Shown here one piece after another: positions 1 to 10,326 of a DNA stretch of 64,000 nucleotides. This DNA is from a virus. Made by a program: the position numbers and the translations under genes. How positions within the stretch are numbered: the first letter of the stretch is position 1; every line of letters begins with the position of its first letter. Location: IMG/VR virus record IMGVR_UViG_3300037840_000148, positions 46,832-110,831 of that record; one strand, given 5' to 3'. The notes beneath the pieces are model-generated. The model was given only the letters and a program-made list of their open reading frames with translations. It had not been told where the DNA came from and did no database searches.

Positions 1-9
1 TTTTTATCA

Positions 10-300
10 TTATTGTCTCGATAGCATGATATCGCCGACAGCATAAGTAACTGACCCGCATTTCAAAAGATTTGTTCTCTTGTCGCCTTCACCGACGCTT
101 GGTATCGCTTCGCACTTCAAGATGACGTCATCCGGTTCATCACCGGCAATCCTCGTGACCTTGATCTTCGCCGGGATTAGCGGCTCTAGGACGGCTTGCT
201 CGCCCTTATGGCGAATTAAATGGAACGCGATTAATCCGCTGTCGGCATTTAGCGTCGTTCCTAATATCAAGATTAAGGTCACGAGGATGGCGAATTTCAT
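10..300 (-). CDS. hypothetical protein with N-terminal signal-like peptide
   Basis: 96-aa ORF, hydrophobic N-terminus, coupled to upstream ORF. Confidence 0.6.
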   Translation of the reverse strand: MKFAILVTLILILGTTLNADSGLIAFHLIRHKGEQAVLEPLIPAKIKVTRIAGDEPDDVILKCEAIPSVGEGDKRTNLLKCGSVTYAVGDIMLSRQ

Positions 301-722
301 TATTTTTTGCCTTTTGTCTTAATAAAATGTTCAATTCTACGGATCGCAACCCGAACCCGTTGTCTTGGTGTTTTTGCTTTATCGTATGCTTCAGCATATC
401 TCTCTGGCCAATAATCATCCGTATCAGACGAGTGCTGCGTTTTTATCAAGAACAACCTATCCGCCTGTTTTTCTGTGATATTTAAAGCTTCGATAGCATT
501 ACAGCGAACATCGCCCCAATATTTGTCATCACCACAAAGTGTTTTTTCGATGTTGTTATGCAAAATATAGGCCGCGCCAGCCAGACAACAGACGGTTCCG
601 CACGGCGGGGTTTGTAAAACAGAACCTATTGTATCGGCCGGTTTAACACCTTCGGTCATATCGAAACGTCGTGGTTCTCGAAGCAAAAACCTTTCAATCC
701 TGCGAAGTAATTTAGTATTCAT
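300..722 (-). CDS. conserved phage hypothetical protein
   Basis: CGTVCCLAG motif typical of small phage proteins; SD upstream. Confidence 0.7.
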   Translation of the reverse strand: MNTKLLRRIERFLLREPRRFDMTEGVKPADTIGSVLQTPPCGTVCCLAGAAYILHNNIEKTLCGDDKYWGDVRCNAIEALNITEKQADRLFLIKTQHSSDTDDYWPERYAEAYDKAKTPRQRVRVAIRRIEHFIKTKGKK

Positions 723-739
723 GTCTTTCCTTTCTAATT

Positions 740-1732
740 TTAGTTTGTTGGAATTTTAAATCCATATCCCGCCTTTAATGCGTATTCTTTTCTTGTTGTT
801 AAATCTTGACCAATTTTTATATATCTATCTGTAATATCGGCATTGCTTGAATGCCCCATCCAATACCGCATCAAACTCCTCGGGATATTCTGGCTTTCAA
901 GGTGAGTCGCCCTGAACCGCCGGAAAGCGTGAAAACCCTCCGTAATCCCGACGTCTTCTAGTTGATCGTAGGCCGTTTCAACCCTGACGTGACCGCCAAG
1001 GCTATTTTGGAACAAAAAGCCCGTCTCGGGGAGTTTCGCATCGATTAAATACTGGTTTACGTCCGAGTGGAGGTCAACTTCCCTGTTCCCGGCTTCCGTC
1101 TTGGGTTGTGGCTCGATACGGCCGCGGACTAGTGTACTCTTTACCACCACGACGGCTTTTAGGGGGTTCCAATACGAGAAGCCATAAGTGCCTCCTAGAG
1201 GGATTTTTTCCGGTATTATGCCGCAGCCCGGAACAGTAGATCCATAAGTCGTTGTATGGTGCCCTTGTAAAGCTAAGGCTTCCCCTACACGAAGACCTGA
1301 CGCCGCAAGTAGTATCAGAAGACTCCTAACCTGCTTTGGTGCCTGTAATAGGCTCGTATCGATTTGTTCCGGGGTTACAATAGGCGCGTCGACTTCCTGC
1401 TGATTCACGATAGGCAGGTCGATAAAGTCATGATTCCACTTCCGTGGGTATAACTCGTTGCCATTCAAATCAGTAGCAGACGAAATTACAGCCTTCACGA
1501 CGTTGAAAATCTGATTGATTGTCGAGGCGGCTAAACCGACGTTATTCAACTCCGCTATAAAAGCCTTCATTTTGCCGTTATCGACATACTCAAGATCCGC
1601 GTCGCCTAATCTCGGCAAAATGTGATTGTTCAAATATGAATCATAGATTCGGACGGTCGCTGGCCGGACAGGCGAACGACGACGCGTTTGAATCCATTCG
1701 ATGTATTTCACGGCTTGTTGTTCGAATTTCAT
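740..1732 (-). CDS. tyrosine recombinase/integrase
   Basis: SAM-like N-terminus; catalytic motifs GLRVGE, HAFRR, MGHS, TDRY. Confidence 0.92.
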   Translation of the reverse strand: MKFEQQAVKYIEWIQTRRRSPVRPATVRIYDSYLNNHILPRLGDADLEYVDNGKMKAFIAELNNVGLAASTINQIFNVVKAVISSATDLNGNELYPRKWNHDFIDLPIVNQQEVDAPIVTPEQIDTSLLQAPKQVRSLLILLAASGLRVGEALALQGHHTTTYGSTVPGCGIIPEKIPLGGTYGFSYWNPLKAVVVVKSTLVRGRIEPQPKTEAGNREVDLHSDVNQYLIDAKLPETGFLFQNSLGGHVRVETAYDQLEDVGITEGFHAFRRFRATHLESQNIPRSLMRYWMGHSSNADITDRYIKIGQDLTTRKEYALKAGYGFKIPTN

Positions 1733-1738
1733 AATTCA

Positions 1739-1767
1739 ACGGTATCACAACTCAAAACGGTTGTCAA
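1739..1767 (-). promoter_or_regulatory. sigma70-type promoter of integrase
   Basis: TTGACA-17-TACCGT with TGn extension on minus strand. Confidence 0.65.
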
Positions 1768-2006
1768 GTCTTTTTATTTTTATTACGTTTTTCAAATCTC
1801 TTATTGATTGCTTTTTCTTCGCCCCAATGTTTCTCACACAACCAAGCGCCGTTTTCTTTCCTATGAAAGCCTTCCTTGCCACAAATTTCATATTGTGCGC
1901 CACCCATTAAGTTACCGGGATCATAAACAGACGGCGCGGTTCCTGGTCGAGCGGAGCCCTCGATATAAATGCTCCTACGGCACGGATGGATATTTTCAGT
2001 CTTCAT
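1764..2006 (-). CDS. hypothetical Zn-binding protein
   Basis: 80-aa ORF with LCEKH motif, in operon order. Confidence 0.55.
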   Translation of the reverse strand: MKTENIHPCRRSIYIEGSARPGTAPSVYDPGNLMGGAQYEICGKEGFHRKENGAWLCEKHWGEEKAINKRFEKRNKNKKT

Positions 2007-2026
2007 TCCTTCACTCCTTCATTCCT

Positions 2027-3097
2027 TCACTCCTTCTTTCCTTCATCATATCCGATTGAAAAACCCAACCGCGTTGAGTTCTTTTTCAGCGTCTTTAATT
2101 TGAAATTCTTCTGGAGTCGTTCTAGTGTTTCATCGACAGGTATATCAAGGCAGAGATACGTCGAGGCAATTTCACGGAGATACGCTAGACTCAAGCCTTC
2201 CGTTTTATCGACAAGATGTTTCAAATCTTCTTCAGAAATTTGATCCTGCGTGACGTATTTCAAATACGCCGCCCGCGTTTCTGCTTCCGGGGCGTGGATT
2301 CCGATGACGAGATCGAAACGTCCCGGCCGCTTGATGAAACGATCCGCTAGAAGTTCCGGCTGGTTGGTGGTCGCCAGATGAGTGATGTTATTAACTTGAT
2401 TTTGACCGTCAAGAAGTGACAGCGCCGCCTTGACTTCCCGGTTACCTTGGTCCCCCGAGAATGTCCCCTCGATATCTTCCATTACGGTCATGATCGGTCT
2501 AGACGGTTCGATCTGCCGGAAGTGTTGGATGCAGATATTCGCGGTATCAAAGTCATCAATCAGAAAGATCACGCCGCCAATTTTAATTAGGTCTCTGCTA
2601 AGAAGACTAATGATGCTGGTCTTGCCGCACCCTGGCTCGCCGTATAAAAGGACGCCTCTCTTTTGCAGTAGATGGTATTTTTCATACCGATCAGCCCGAG
2701 ACCAAAATAGTCGAATTTGATCCATCAAGTACTTCGACGGCAAGCCAGGCAAATCAACGGCTTCGTCCGCCGGTGCCGTGACCGGCGAATAGACTTTATG
2801 ACCGTCTTCGACGTCAAGCGTATAAAGCCCGGGCGGCAGGACTCGTCGGACGTCATCAACGCTTCTATACGATCCGTTACCTAACGCCCAACCGTGCTTT
2901 TTATTTTGACTAGTTTCTTTTTTCAACGGTAACCATCCTTTTTCTTCTCTATTATAAAGTTTTGCAAATTTCTTCATTACATCATCTAAACTACTTAATG
3001 AAGACACAAAAGAACCAGGACTTTTAGATTTAGCCGGTTTTGCGGGTGATATTCCTGATTTTCTCGCCATCAGGATCTCGGATACGCTAGACTCCAC
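2027..3097 (-). CDS. AAA+ ATPase
   Basis: KRGVLLYGEPGCGKT Walker A, MEDIE Walker B, TTN, RPGRFD. Confidence 0.9.
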   Translation of the reverse strand: MESSVSEILMARKSGISPAKPAKSKSPGSFVSSLSSLDDVMKKFAKLYNREEKGWLPLKKETSQNKKHGWALGNGSYRSVDDVRRVLPPGLYTLDVEDGHKVYSPVTAPADEAVDLPGLPSKYLMDQIRLFWSRADRYEKYHLLQKRGVLLYGEPGCGKTSIISLLSRDLIKIGGVIFLIDDFDTANICIQHFRQIEPSRPIMTVMEDIEGTFSGDQGNREVKAALSLLDGQNQVNNITHLATTNQPELLADRFIKRPGRFDLVIGIHAPEAETRAAYLKYVTQDQISEEDLKHLVDKTEGLSLAYLREIASTYLCLDIPVDETLERLQKNFKLKTLKKNSTRLGFSIGYDEGKKE

Positions 3098-3294
3098 GTA
3101 CTACGGTAAACAGGCCGAAGTTCGTACGGTCCATCGAATTGACCCGGCCTGCGGTATATTCTCATCTCGCCGATTTTTTCACAACCACTAAAACGGATGA
3201 CTTGCTTTTCTAATTCATCGCCGTGTCTCCGAAGATCTTCATACATTTGATCGCGTTTATCTTTATCCGGCGTTGTAATGACTTCTATATTCAT
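3070..3294 (-). CDS. hypothetical protein
   Basis: 74-aa ORF with GAGGAG SD. Confidence 0.55.
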   Translation of the reverse strand: MNIEVITTPDKDKRDQMYEDLRRHGDELEKQVIRFSGCEKIGEMRIYRRPGQFDGPYELRPVYRSTWSLAYPRS

Positions 3295-3363
3295 ACGACT
3301 AACTCCTCGATGATTCCAATGACTTCCGACAAGACTAAAATCCCTACTGTGATTCCCATTCCT

Positions 3364-3648
3364 TCAAACATCAAAAGACTGAGATACCCGCCGATTCTTA
3401 ATCCGGACTTCATGAAACTGACTTTTGTATGCCAAATCATCTATTCTCCCGTGTTCTCTTATATATTGACCGCGTTTTACCCGCCAGTAAGACTCTAAGC
3501 AATCCTTTGAACAAAAATAAATATCAAGCTTTTCATCCCAGACAAAACCCCGTTTTTCTATTCGCCAGCCCGCTGAAAGAAACCAACCAGGCGGTTCATT
3601 TCTGGGTTTATCTGAACCACAACGTTTACAAATATGGCTTTCTTTCAT
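3364..3648 (-). CDS. hypothetical Zn-finger protein
   Basis: CKRC...FCSKDC. Confidence 0.55.
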   Translation of the reverse strand: MKESHICKRCGSDKPRNEPPGWFLSAGWRIEKRGFVWDEKLDIYFCSKDCLESYWRVKRGQYIREHGRIDDLAYKSQFHEVRIKNRRVSQSFDV

Positions 3649-3807
3649 AAATCTTTTTTATATTTTCGTTTAAGATAGCGATCTTTACAATCAAAAGAAC
3701 AAAAATATTCACCTCTCTCCGCACTTGCCCACCAATGCTCGCCTTTCGGTTCTTTCGCGCCACATCGTTTGCAATGAGGTTTATGTTTACCATCCCAAAT
3801 GCCCTCA

Positions 3808-4020
3808 TTACCGGGATGCATTTAATCTTTTTCCTTTAGCAATAAAATTAGCTTTATATGCTTCTAGACACTCTTTAGAACAAAAACTAAAAGTCGGATT
3901 GGTAAAATCAGCACACCAAAATGCTGGAACTACCTTGATATCTTCGCCACACCGCTTACAACGTATCGGCTTTTTCTTACGCGGTAACGTAACTGTCAGA
4001 TGGTACGGATAAAATTTCAC
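3808..4020 (-). CDS. hypothetical Zn-finger protein
   Basis: CKRC...FCSKEC, similar to 3364..3648. Confidence 0.55.
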   Translation of the reverse strand: MKFYPYHLTVTLPRKKKPIRCKRCGEDIKVVPAFWCADFTNPTFSFCSKECLEAYKANFIAKGKRLNASR

Positions 4021-4517
4021 TTCATCCCCGCTAAAGCCGCGACCTTCGCGGCATAAATTTCGGCATCTAATCCTGAGCCGTTGTAATGCCGGATGCCTTG
4101 CTTCAATCCGTATTGCTGGACATTCCGAGCTAAAATTTCGACGCCGACATCCATGCTGTCTTCGGCTTTCAAAAGATTCTTATCACGGAAATTGTCATAT
4201 TGACTCGCCCAGACTCGCGGCATGACTTGCAGGAGTCCAACGCCGCCATCCCGGCTGACAGCCAACGGATCACAATTTGATTCGACGGCGATTACGGCTG
4301 CGATGACTTTAGCCGGAAGCCCCGATCTAATTGAGCTTCTAGCCGTCGATTCTGCCAACTGGAAGTCACCGCAGCCTGCCCGACCGTACACACGGGCCGC
4401 ATCGAACAAAGCTTCACGAAATTCCGGCCGGTCATAATCGGTTAAATTGACGGCCGGTTTTGAAAATAAAGATAACGATAAAGCGGATACTAGAATTGAA
4501 ATCGTCTTGATATTCAT
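4017..4517 (-). CDS. lytic transglycosylase (SLT domain) with signal peptide
   Basis: AVIAVES, AVS-DG-GLLQVMP, YNG motifs. Confidence 0.88.
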   Translation of the reverse strand: MNIKTISILVSALSLSLFSKPAVNLTDYDRPEFREALFDAARVYGRAGCGDFQLAESTARSSIRSGLPAKVIAAVIAVESNCDPLAVSRDGGVGLLQVMPRVWASQYDNFRDKNLLKAEDSMDVGVEILARNVQQYGLKQGIRHYNGSGLDAEIYAAKVAALAGMK

Positions 4518-4574
4518 TTATCCTCCTTTAAATTTAACATCCGGCCACCAGCAGCAAAAGTACAATCGTTCGCT

Positions 4575-4886
4575 TCATCGAGTCGGCTCCCCGGCCTCGG
4601 GTACAGCTTCGTATGTGGCCTCGAAAATGTCGGGCTTGCAGGGATAGAACTCGCCTTTAACACCCTTGATGATCCAATCACCCGGAGAAGCCGTCATTGT
4701 TCCCTCAAGTGTCGGAATGTAGACATTGCCATCGGGAGGCGTGAATCCGATGCCAGTTACTATGTGCGGATCGTCTGGTGCGTGCGGCAATTCGCCCATG
4801 AACAGGAACAGTTTCGCAATGCTGGACTCTCGACCATCCCATCGAATTGCTTCGATCACAACTGGCTTCTTTCGATACTTGCTCAT
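4575..4886 (-). CDS. conserved phage protein (PGDWIIKG family)
   Basis: KYRKKPVVIEA...TLEG...PGDWIIKGVKGEFYPCKPDIF signature. Confidence 0.8.
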   Translation of the reverse strand: MSKYRKKPVVIEAIRWDGRESSIAKLFLFMGELPHAPDDPHIVTGIGFTPPDGNVYIPTLEGTMTASPGDWIIKGVKGEFYPCKPDIFEATYEAVPEAGEPTR

Positions 4887-5302
4887 TTTCGACCCTCCTC
4901 TGCTCGCAACGCGGCGATTCTTTCCAATATCTCTTTTGGGCCATCATGGTGAACATATGCCCATTGCAACGCTTCGAGTTTGGCCTTACGCTCAACCTCT
5001 GCCAGCGCGTCGGTTGGGGCGAGGGCAATAATTTCATTTGCTAATTGGTTAGCTAAACTTCGAGAATCTAAACGGTTTGATTTCAACCAGACCTGTACAG
5101 TGTCAGCCGCTATCCTTGCCATCGCCGCACCCGCCTCGGTTCTGGCTTGGGCTAGGTCGACTTTAAGGGCCTCTATCTCAGCGTCTCTAGCGTGCCAAGC
5201 AAGAGAAGCGGCTCCACGTTGCCCCTCGAAGTTCTCTTCCAGTTTCGGATCGGCCCAATCCATGTCTTTGATCCACTCCTCGAATGTCTTAGCCACGTTC
5301 AT
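4883..5302 (-). CDS. hypothetical protein
   Basis: 139-aa ORF in coupled chain. Confidence 0.6.
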   Translation of the reverse strand: MNVAKTFEEWIKDMDWADPKLEENFEGQRGAASLAWHARDAEIEALKVDLAQARTEAGAAMARIAADTVQVWLKSNRLDSRSLANQLANEIIALAPTDALAEVERKAKLEALQWAYVHHDGPKEILERIAALRAEEGRK

Positions 5303-5631
5303 CCTCCTGTCTCGCTCGCTTCCCGGCTTCCCCTTGTCGCAACTTGTTTAGAGCCTCGATCTCCATAGCGATGACTTCAAAGGTGTCGGCGATCAACTGC
5401 TTATCCTGATTGGTTACGCCGCTACGTAACGCCAGTGCATTTTCTCGAATCACTTCAACTCCGTCTTTCATGGTTTCTCCTTTTTGGCTTCCCATTGCCG
5501 TCGCAACTCCGCTCTTGGACTGCGAATTTCTGCACTGTCACATTTCGTGCAAATCCAAACAGACATCGTGTGAAACTGATCGTCATGATTCCAGTACCAG
5601 GAATGTCGGCAGAATAGCTGCTTTAGTCGTT

Positions 5632-6360
5632 TCATTTCCGCACCACCAATCGAGCCAACTCCAATACTGGACATCCCGCAACATGCGGATGTGTGTTTAA
5701 GGACTCTGGTCGCGCTCCGCAAGGGCAATGCATCTCAATCTCGGCCACCAACTCTCTGATCGGCCTGAGCAATTCAGCCTTTTGTCTTAAGGTTGCAATT
5801 TCCTGATTCCTCGACGCTAAAACTTCCGCCAGTTCTTGCGTAATCTCTCGTCGCAACTCCGCATCGTGTTCTTCGAGTGAGACTTGCTTCGAGCCGATGA
5901 GGGCGAGGATGGCAGACTTGAGCGACTCAGCTTCGTCTCCCGCTGCCGATAGCACAGCATCTTGCTCCGGAGTGACATACTTCCCAGAGGCCATCAATCT
6001 GTTCTGTTTGGCATATTCGGCGCACAATTCAGCCGCCTCCCTCAGAGCCAAAGCCTGAGCCGCTTCGATGTCGCGCTCCAATTTCTCAATGTAGGCGAGG
6101 ATATCTTGTCGGCCCATATTGTTTAGGCTCTCGGCCATCTGCTTCCTCTGCAACTGCGTAATCGGAGCTCCTTCGATGTCGCGCTCGATCTGCGGGATGA
6201 GGGATTCGATATCATCAGCCCGATTGAGATAATTCCCTGCAAGCAACGAGCATGACGAAAGATGCGTTCCATCGTCTATCGCGTCCGCCATCTTCTTCCA
6301 CTTCTCGACCAGTTTTCTCAGTGGTTGCGTAATAGGATTCATCGACCTCTCCCGACACAA
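5632..6360 (-). CDS. hypothetical coiled-coil protein
   Basis: 242-aa ORF with C-terminal CPCG..HPH..C motif. Confidence 0.6.
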   Translation of the reverse strand: MCRERSMNPITQPLRKLVEKWKKMADAIDDGTHLSSCSLLAGNYLNRADDIESLIPQIERDIEGAPITQLQRKQMAESLNNMGRQDILAYIEKLERDIEAAQALALREAAELCAEYAKQNRLMASGKYVTPEQDAVLSAAGDEAESLKSAILALIGSKQVSLEEHDAELRREITQELAEVLASRNQEIATLRQKAELLRPIRELVAEIEMHCPCGARPESLNTHPHVAGCPVLELARLVVRK

Positions 6361-6442
6361 GAATGCTGTGTCAACGCTACGATTCCAAGATCCTCTTTCT
6401 AATTCAGACTAACACAAAACCAATTTATTGTCAATAGTTATT

Positions 6443-6964
6443 TTAAAATTCTTTAGGACACTCGCAATCAAGACAAAGCGCGATAGGTTCGTGTTGCTCA
6501 TAGAAATAAATTGGCGTCCGGCAGACTGAACACAATTCAGTAGGCAATGGCGGCGGGATAAATTTAGTCTTTTCACTCCAAATTGTCGACTCGCCGGGGT
6601 CAATGACGGCCCAACCGTCTTTGTCATATTGAAAACTTGTTGAGCCGGATTCTTCAATTTGTTTTTCCTTCTGGGCCTTCTTGGCTTCCTTTAATTGTTT
6701 CTTGACTGCGGCATTTGCTTCTTCTTGTGCTAATAATCGGTTATAATTTTCTAAAGCCTCCGAAGTAATTGTTAAACCGGACAACGGCTTTGATTTCTTT
6801 AAAGCAATCAGTGGCTTGACTCGTTGAGTCAACCAAACCCAATTTGGTGGACCCTCCGTCCGGAATCCGGCCTTTTTCGCGGCTTGCTGGTCGTTGGACC
6901 AGTGCTCACCAGCCGTTAATTGCGCCTCGAACTGCTTGAATTGTTCGTTCCATATGATTTTCAT
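6443..6964 (-). CDS. hypothetical protein with C-terminal Zn ribbon
   Basis: 173-aa ORF; CSVC...CLDC. Confidence 0.65.
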   Translation of the reverse strand: MKIIWNEQFKQFEAQLTAGEHWSNDQQAAKKAGFRTEGPPNWVWLTQRVKPLIALKKSKPLSGLTITSEALENYNRLLAQEEANAAVKKQLKEAKKAQKEKQIEESGSTSFQYDKDGWAVIDPGESTIWSEKTKFIPPPLPTELCSVCRTPIYFYEQHEPIALCLDCECPKEF

Positions 6965-7001
6965 AAATTCGGATAACTAATACTTATCCATCTGTCAAGC
7001 A

Positions 7002-7193
7002 CTATTTTATGGCCATCAATCGCCGCATGGCGGCTTCGTATTGCTCGACCCCGTCTTGCCGCCCTGATTTACAGCACCACAAGTAATTCGTGCGTAATCT
7101 ATTGCGCTCATGGACAGACGCGCCCGTTGTCGAGGTTTCGTATTGCGCTAGAAGAGCTTGATCCGGTTGTATTTTAAAGTCTTCGTAGGTCAT
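7002..7193 (-). CDS. hypothetical protein
   Basis: 63-aa ORF with AGGAG SD. Confidence 0.55.
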   Translation of the reverse strand: MTYEDFKIQPDQALLAQYETSTTGASVHERNRLRTNYLWCCKSGRQDGVEQYEAAMRRLMAIK

Positions 7194-7318
7194 TAAAACT
7201 CCTTGTTTAGCATTCTTTTTATACCTTCTTCATCAATTTCACCAGTTATAAACTCTGCTAAAAGCAGCATTAGAGTGAAGAAAACAATAAAACCACCGAA
7301 TACAACCACGAATCCCAT
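7193..7318 (-). CDS. small membrane protein (not in ORF track)
   Basis: MGFVVVFGGFIVFFTLMLLLAEF... 41 aa, GGAGG SD, TAATG coupling at both ends. Confidence 0.55.
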   Translation of the reverse strand: MGFVVVFGGFIVFFTLMLLLAEFITGEIDEEGIKRMLNKEF

Positions 7319-7579
7319 TAATCTACCTCCTCCGGTTGTATTTTGAAGTCTTCGTAAGCCTTCATGATTGTCTCCTAATTTCAGCCACCGAACGATAGCT
7401 GCCGGTGCACGGCACCCTAAGTCCCTCCGGGCCGGGTTGAAGATGCCAAGACAAAATTGGTTCGTTGTCCAAATTAACAGCGCCTAATTGATCGAACTCA
7501 ATGATTCTTCCGCACTTTGGGCATTTACGTTTGGTCTTCATAAACGTATAATAGTATATTATCCGCCAAATGTCAAGAG

Positions 7580-7918
7580 TTATTCTAGTCTCTTTTTCCT
7601 AGCCTTACTCTCCAAATACAGCCGTTGTGCTTCCACGAGTCCCGGCCGAATTAGCGCGGCTTGATACATCTGGTAGCATAAATTGCAGACGTCGCCATAC
7701 AAAACGACCCGGAAGTTCTCCGTGGTATCGCGGATCGGGTATCCGCAGCCGGGTGCGCTGCAGCGATTCGGCAGTTGTTCGAATATCCTGTCATACCCAC
7801 GGACGTTTGATTGCAAAAGCCACGTATCAAGGTCTCTAGGAAACTTCTTCTCGGCGTCCTTGAACTTAATTTCTAGTTCAAATACCCAACGTATGAAATC
7901 TTTTTCTCGGTCATTCAA
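7580..7918 (-). CDS. hypothetical protein
   Basis: 112-aa ORF with Cys pairs. Confidence 0.55.
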   Translation of the reverse strand: MNDREKDFIRWVFELEIKFKDAEKKFPRDLDTWLLQSNVRGYDRIFEQLPNRCSAPGCGYPIRDTTENFRVVLYGDVCNLCYQMYQAALIRPGLVEAQRLYLESKARKKRLE

Positions 7919-7929
7919 ATGGCCCCCAA

Positions 7930-8439
7930 TTAACTGTTAATTCGTCTTACCCAATCACTGAAAAACGGCCTATCTTCCGGCTTCGCGGCAATGATGTTAA
8001 TAACGTGTTGAACCATATTAGCTTTATAGTATGTCAACAATGATACCGGCTCGGCGGCGTTCAACGTTTCAAGCGTCACCGGCCCGAATATTGTGTCAGA
8101 CGCAATCCCGAGAGAAAATTGCAGGACTTTGACAGCCGTTCCGACACCAAATAAAATACCGAGGTCGAACAATTTGTTTGCGATAAACTGGTCTTTTATC
8201 TGGGAATATAAAGGCTTCCAGTACCCCTCTAAATAAATCTCAGCCGCTCTGTCAGTCGTGAGATTCTTGATGTCTTCGTTAGGAAATTCCGCGGCGCTGA
8301 TACCATACTTCGTGCCCTTTAATTCGCCGACGCCGACCTTTCCGCCGGTCCAGTTGCCGGAATCGTCGTGGAGGCATTGATAGCCGCCCTCGTGCGTGTC
8401 ATCGATGGTTATGAGAAATGCGGTTTTAAAATCTGACAT
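7930..8439 (-). CDS. glycosyl hydrolase family 108 lysozyme (endolysin-like)
   Basis: HEGGY..D.G..T, TKYGIS, YWK motifs; C-terminal W..R. Confidence 0.88.
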   Translation of the reverse strand: MSDFKTAFLITIDDTHEGGYQCLHDDSGNWTGGKVGVGELKGTKYGISAAEFPNEDIKNLTTDRAAEIYLEGYWKPLYSQIKDQFIANKLFDLGILFGVGTAVKVLQFSLGIASDTIFGPVTLETLNAAEPVSLLTYYKANMVQHVINIIAAKPEDRPFFSDWVRRINS

Positions 8440-8547
8440 TTACTTAAAAACCCCCAATTTATAAAGCATAAAACAAACACCAATCCATATTACGTCTGTT
8501 CCAAAAACAACAGGAATTATAAATTTCCAAAAATCTTTATTGCTCAT
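8440..8547 (-). CDS. small membrane protein upstream of GH108 (not in ORF track)
   Basis: 35-aa hydrophobic ORF with GAGG SD, stop abuts GH108 ATG. Confidence 0.45.
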   Translation of the reverse strand: MSNKDFWKFIIPVVFGTDVIWIGVCFMLYKLGVFK

Positions 8548-8871
8548 TTTAATACCCTCAATGAATGGCTTTATTTAAGCCTTTTCACAATTTCTCTTAA
8601 AACATCCGCCCGCTCTTCCCAAAACGAACCACCATGAAATTTATCATCAATCATTTGTAGTAACTCTTCATTTGTCTTTGGAGAATCCGGCCGCTCGTGT
8701 TTGCAGCGTTGCTCCTCTGGTATTTGCATTAAAGCTAGATATCTTCTAGCCGTATAAAAATCCAAATCAATATTATAGTCTTTATCAAGATGCAGTCCAC
8801 ACCTTATACACCAGCGGGCAGGTTTTCCATTGACGTACACATGATCGACCACCGTTTTTGCCATATTGCTC

Positions 8872-9102
8872 CTAACTTTGCGCTCTGATTTCCATCTGTT
8901 CATCAATAAACTCAGCAATTTCCTTGAGGCACGCGGAATCATAGATATTGCTAAATTGATCATAAAATGCATACCGCCGCCATGCTGAATACCACTTTAT
9001 CTGACCTAACAAGATATCCGTGTGGACTGACCGGACTTCCCAAATTTGTGTCAATCCAGTTTGACTCCGGCCAATCAAAATGAAGCTAAGATTTTGCATC
9101 AA
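8872..9102 (-). CDS. hypothetical phage protein
   Basis: LGQIKWYSAWRRY...CLKEIAEF. Confidence 0.6.
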   Translation of the reverse strand: MMQNLSFILIGRSQTGLTQIWEVRSVHTDILLGQIKWYSAWRRYAFYDQFSNIYDSACLKEIAEFIDEQMEIRAQS

Positions 9103-9601
9103 TAGTTGTTACTTCATTAAATTTAACAACAAACGGCTTTCCGGCAAAAACCTGTTTTGAAATTGAATCAAATTGGAAAAAATACCTTCTCTTTAATTTC
9201 ACGGCTGTTGCGGACCACCCAGAAACTACGACATCTTTGAACCCGCTGCTTTTTAGAGCCTTAGCAAGCGGACAGTCAATGTTGCTTGAAAAATCGGCAT
9301 CCTTTAGATGCCTCGCTGTAACCTTGATGCTCTTGATTTTTGCCATCATTCCTCCTCTGGTTTGTTTTCTCCGTGATAGATTCCGTAATGACTCCTGACG
9401 AGACAGAAAGCGCACCACGGTTCACAAAAGCCTAGTTTATGCCTGACTGCTTGTACGAAGAACAGTATACATGAAATTAGCATTTTGTCAAGTCTTTTCT
9501 TAGAAGTTTTTCCAATCGTCGAATCCGACTGATCGGAATCTTATAAATCTCAGCTAACTGCCTCGCAGTCGGGAATGGCGTCGTGATCATGATCGGTTTC
9601 T

Positions 9602-10171
9602 TCATAACGCTTTCTTTGGCCCACGGGCTTGATATTTATCCGGTTTCGCAACGAAACTTTCAAAATCCACCGGAGCGTAATTTGTGTACTCGATAGCGAA
9701 CAACCGCTGCCACGGATTATTTAACCGCTCGTGTTTCATGACATCATTGGCCGAAAAATCTCCATATTTTGGGTCATTAGGATGAAAACCGTGCCAGATA
9801 TTGTGTAGATGCCCGTGCAAATTAAGCTCTGCCCCTTCCGGTAAAGACTTAGCGGGCTCGTGTGTCAACCAACAGTTTCTAAACATCAAGCCGTCACATG
9901 CGAAATCAAATCCGGCTTTCATCCAACGGAGATTCGACCATTGCCGGTCGTGATTACCGCGAACAAGGATCTTTTTGCCTGGTAATGCCGGTATAATCCA
10001 ATCACTTTTCTTCCCGATTTGAACGTCTCCGAGATGGATTATCAAATCGTCCGGTTTCACGATTTGATTCCAATTCTTGATGATTCGCTCCGTGAAGTCC
10101 GTCGGGCGGTCGCAGTATGTCGTGATATTTTGATGATTAAAGTGGGTATCCGAGCAAATAAAAGTCTTCAT
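9602..10171 (-). CDS. calcineurin-like metallophosphoesterase
   Basis: SDTHFNH, HLGD, GNHD, HGHLH; start placed at MKTFI after GAGGA SD. Confidence 0.88.
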   Translation of the reverse strand: MKTFICSDTHFNHQNITTYCDRPTDFTERIIKNWNQIVKPDDLIIHLGDVQIGKKSDWIIPALPGKKILVRGNHDRQWSNLRWMKAGFDFACDGLMFRNCWLTHEPAKSLPEGAELNLHGHLHNIWHGFHPNDPKYGDFSANDVMKHERLNNPWQRLFAIEYTNYAPVDFESFVAKPDKYQARGPKKAL

Positions 10172-10326
10172 GTCTTCGTCCTCTTCTGGAAACCAATTAT
10201 CATGCCAATCAACTATCTTTATCATAAGGTAGCGCTGCTGCTAATACCAAGACTGCCAAGACTAGAAATATCCATAATATCCATAAAATCCACCGGTCAG
10301 GAATCGATTGAAGAAAATACAAAAAG

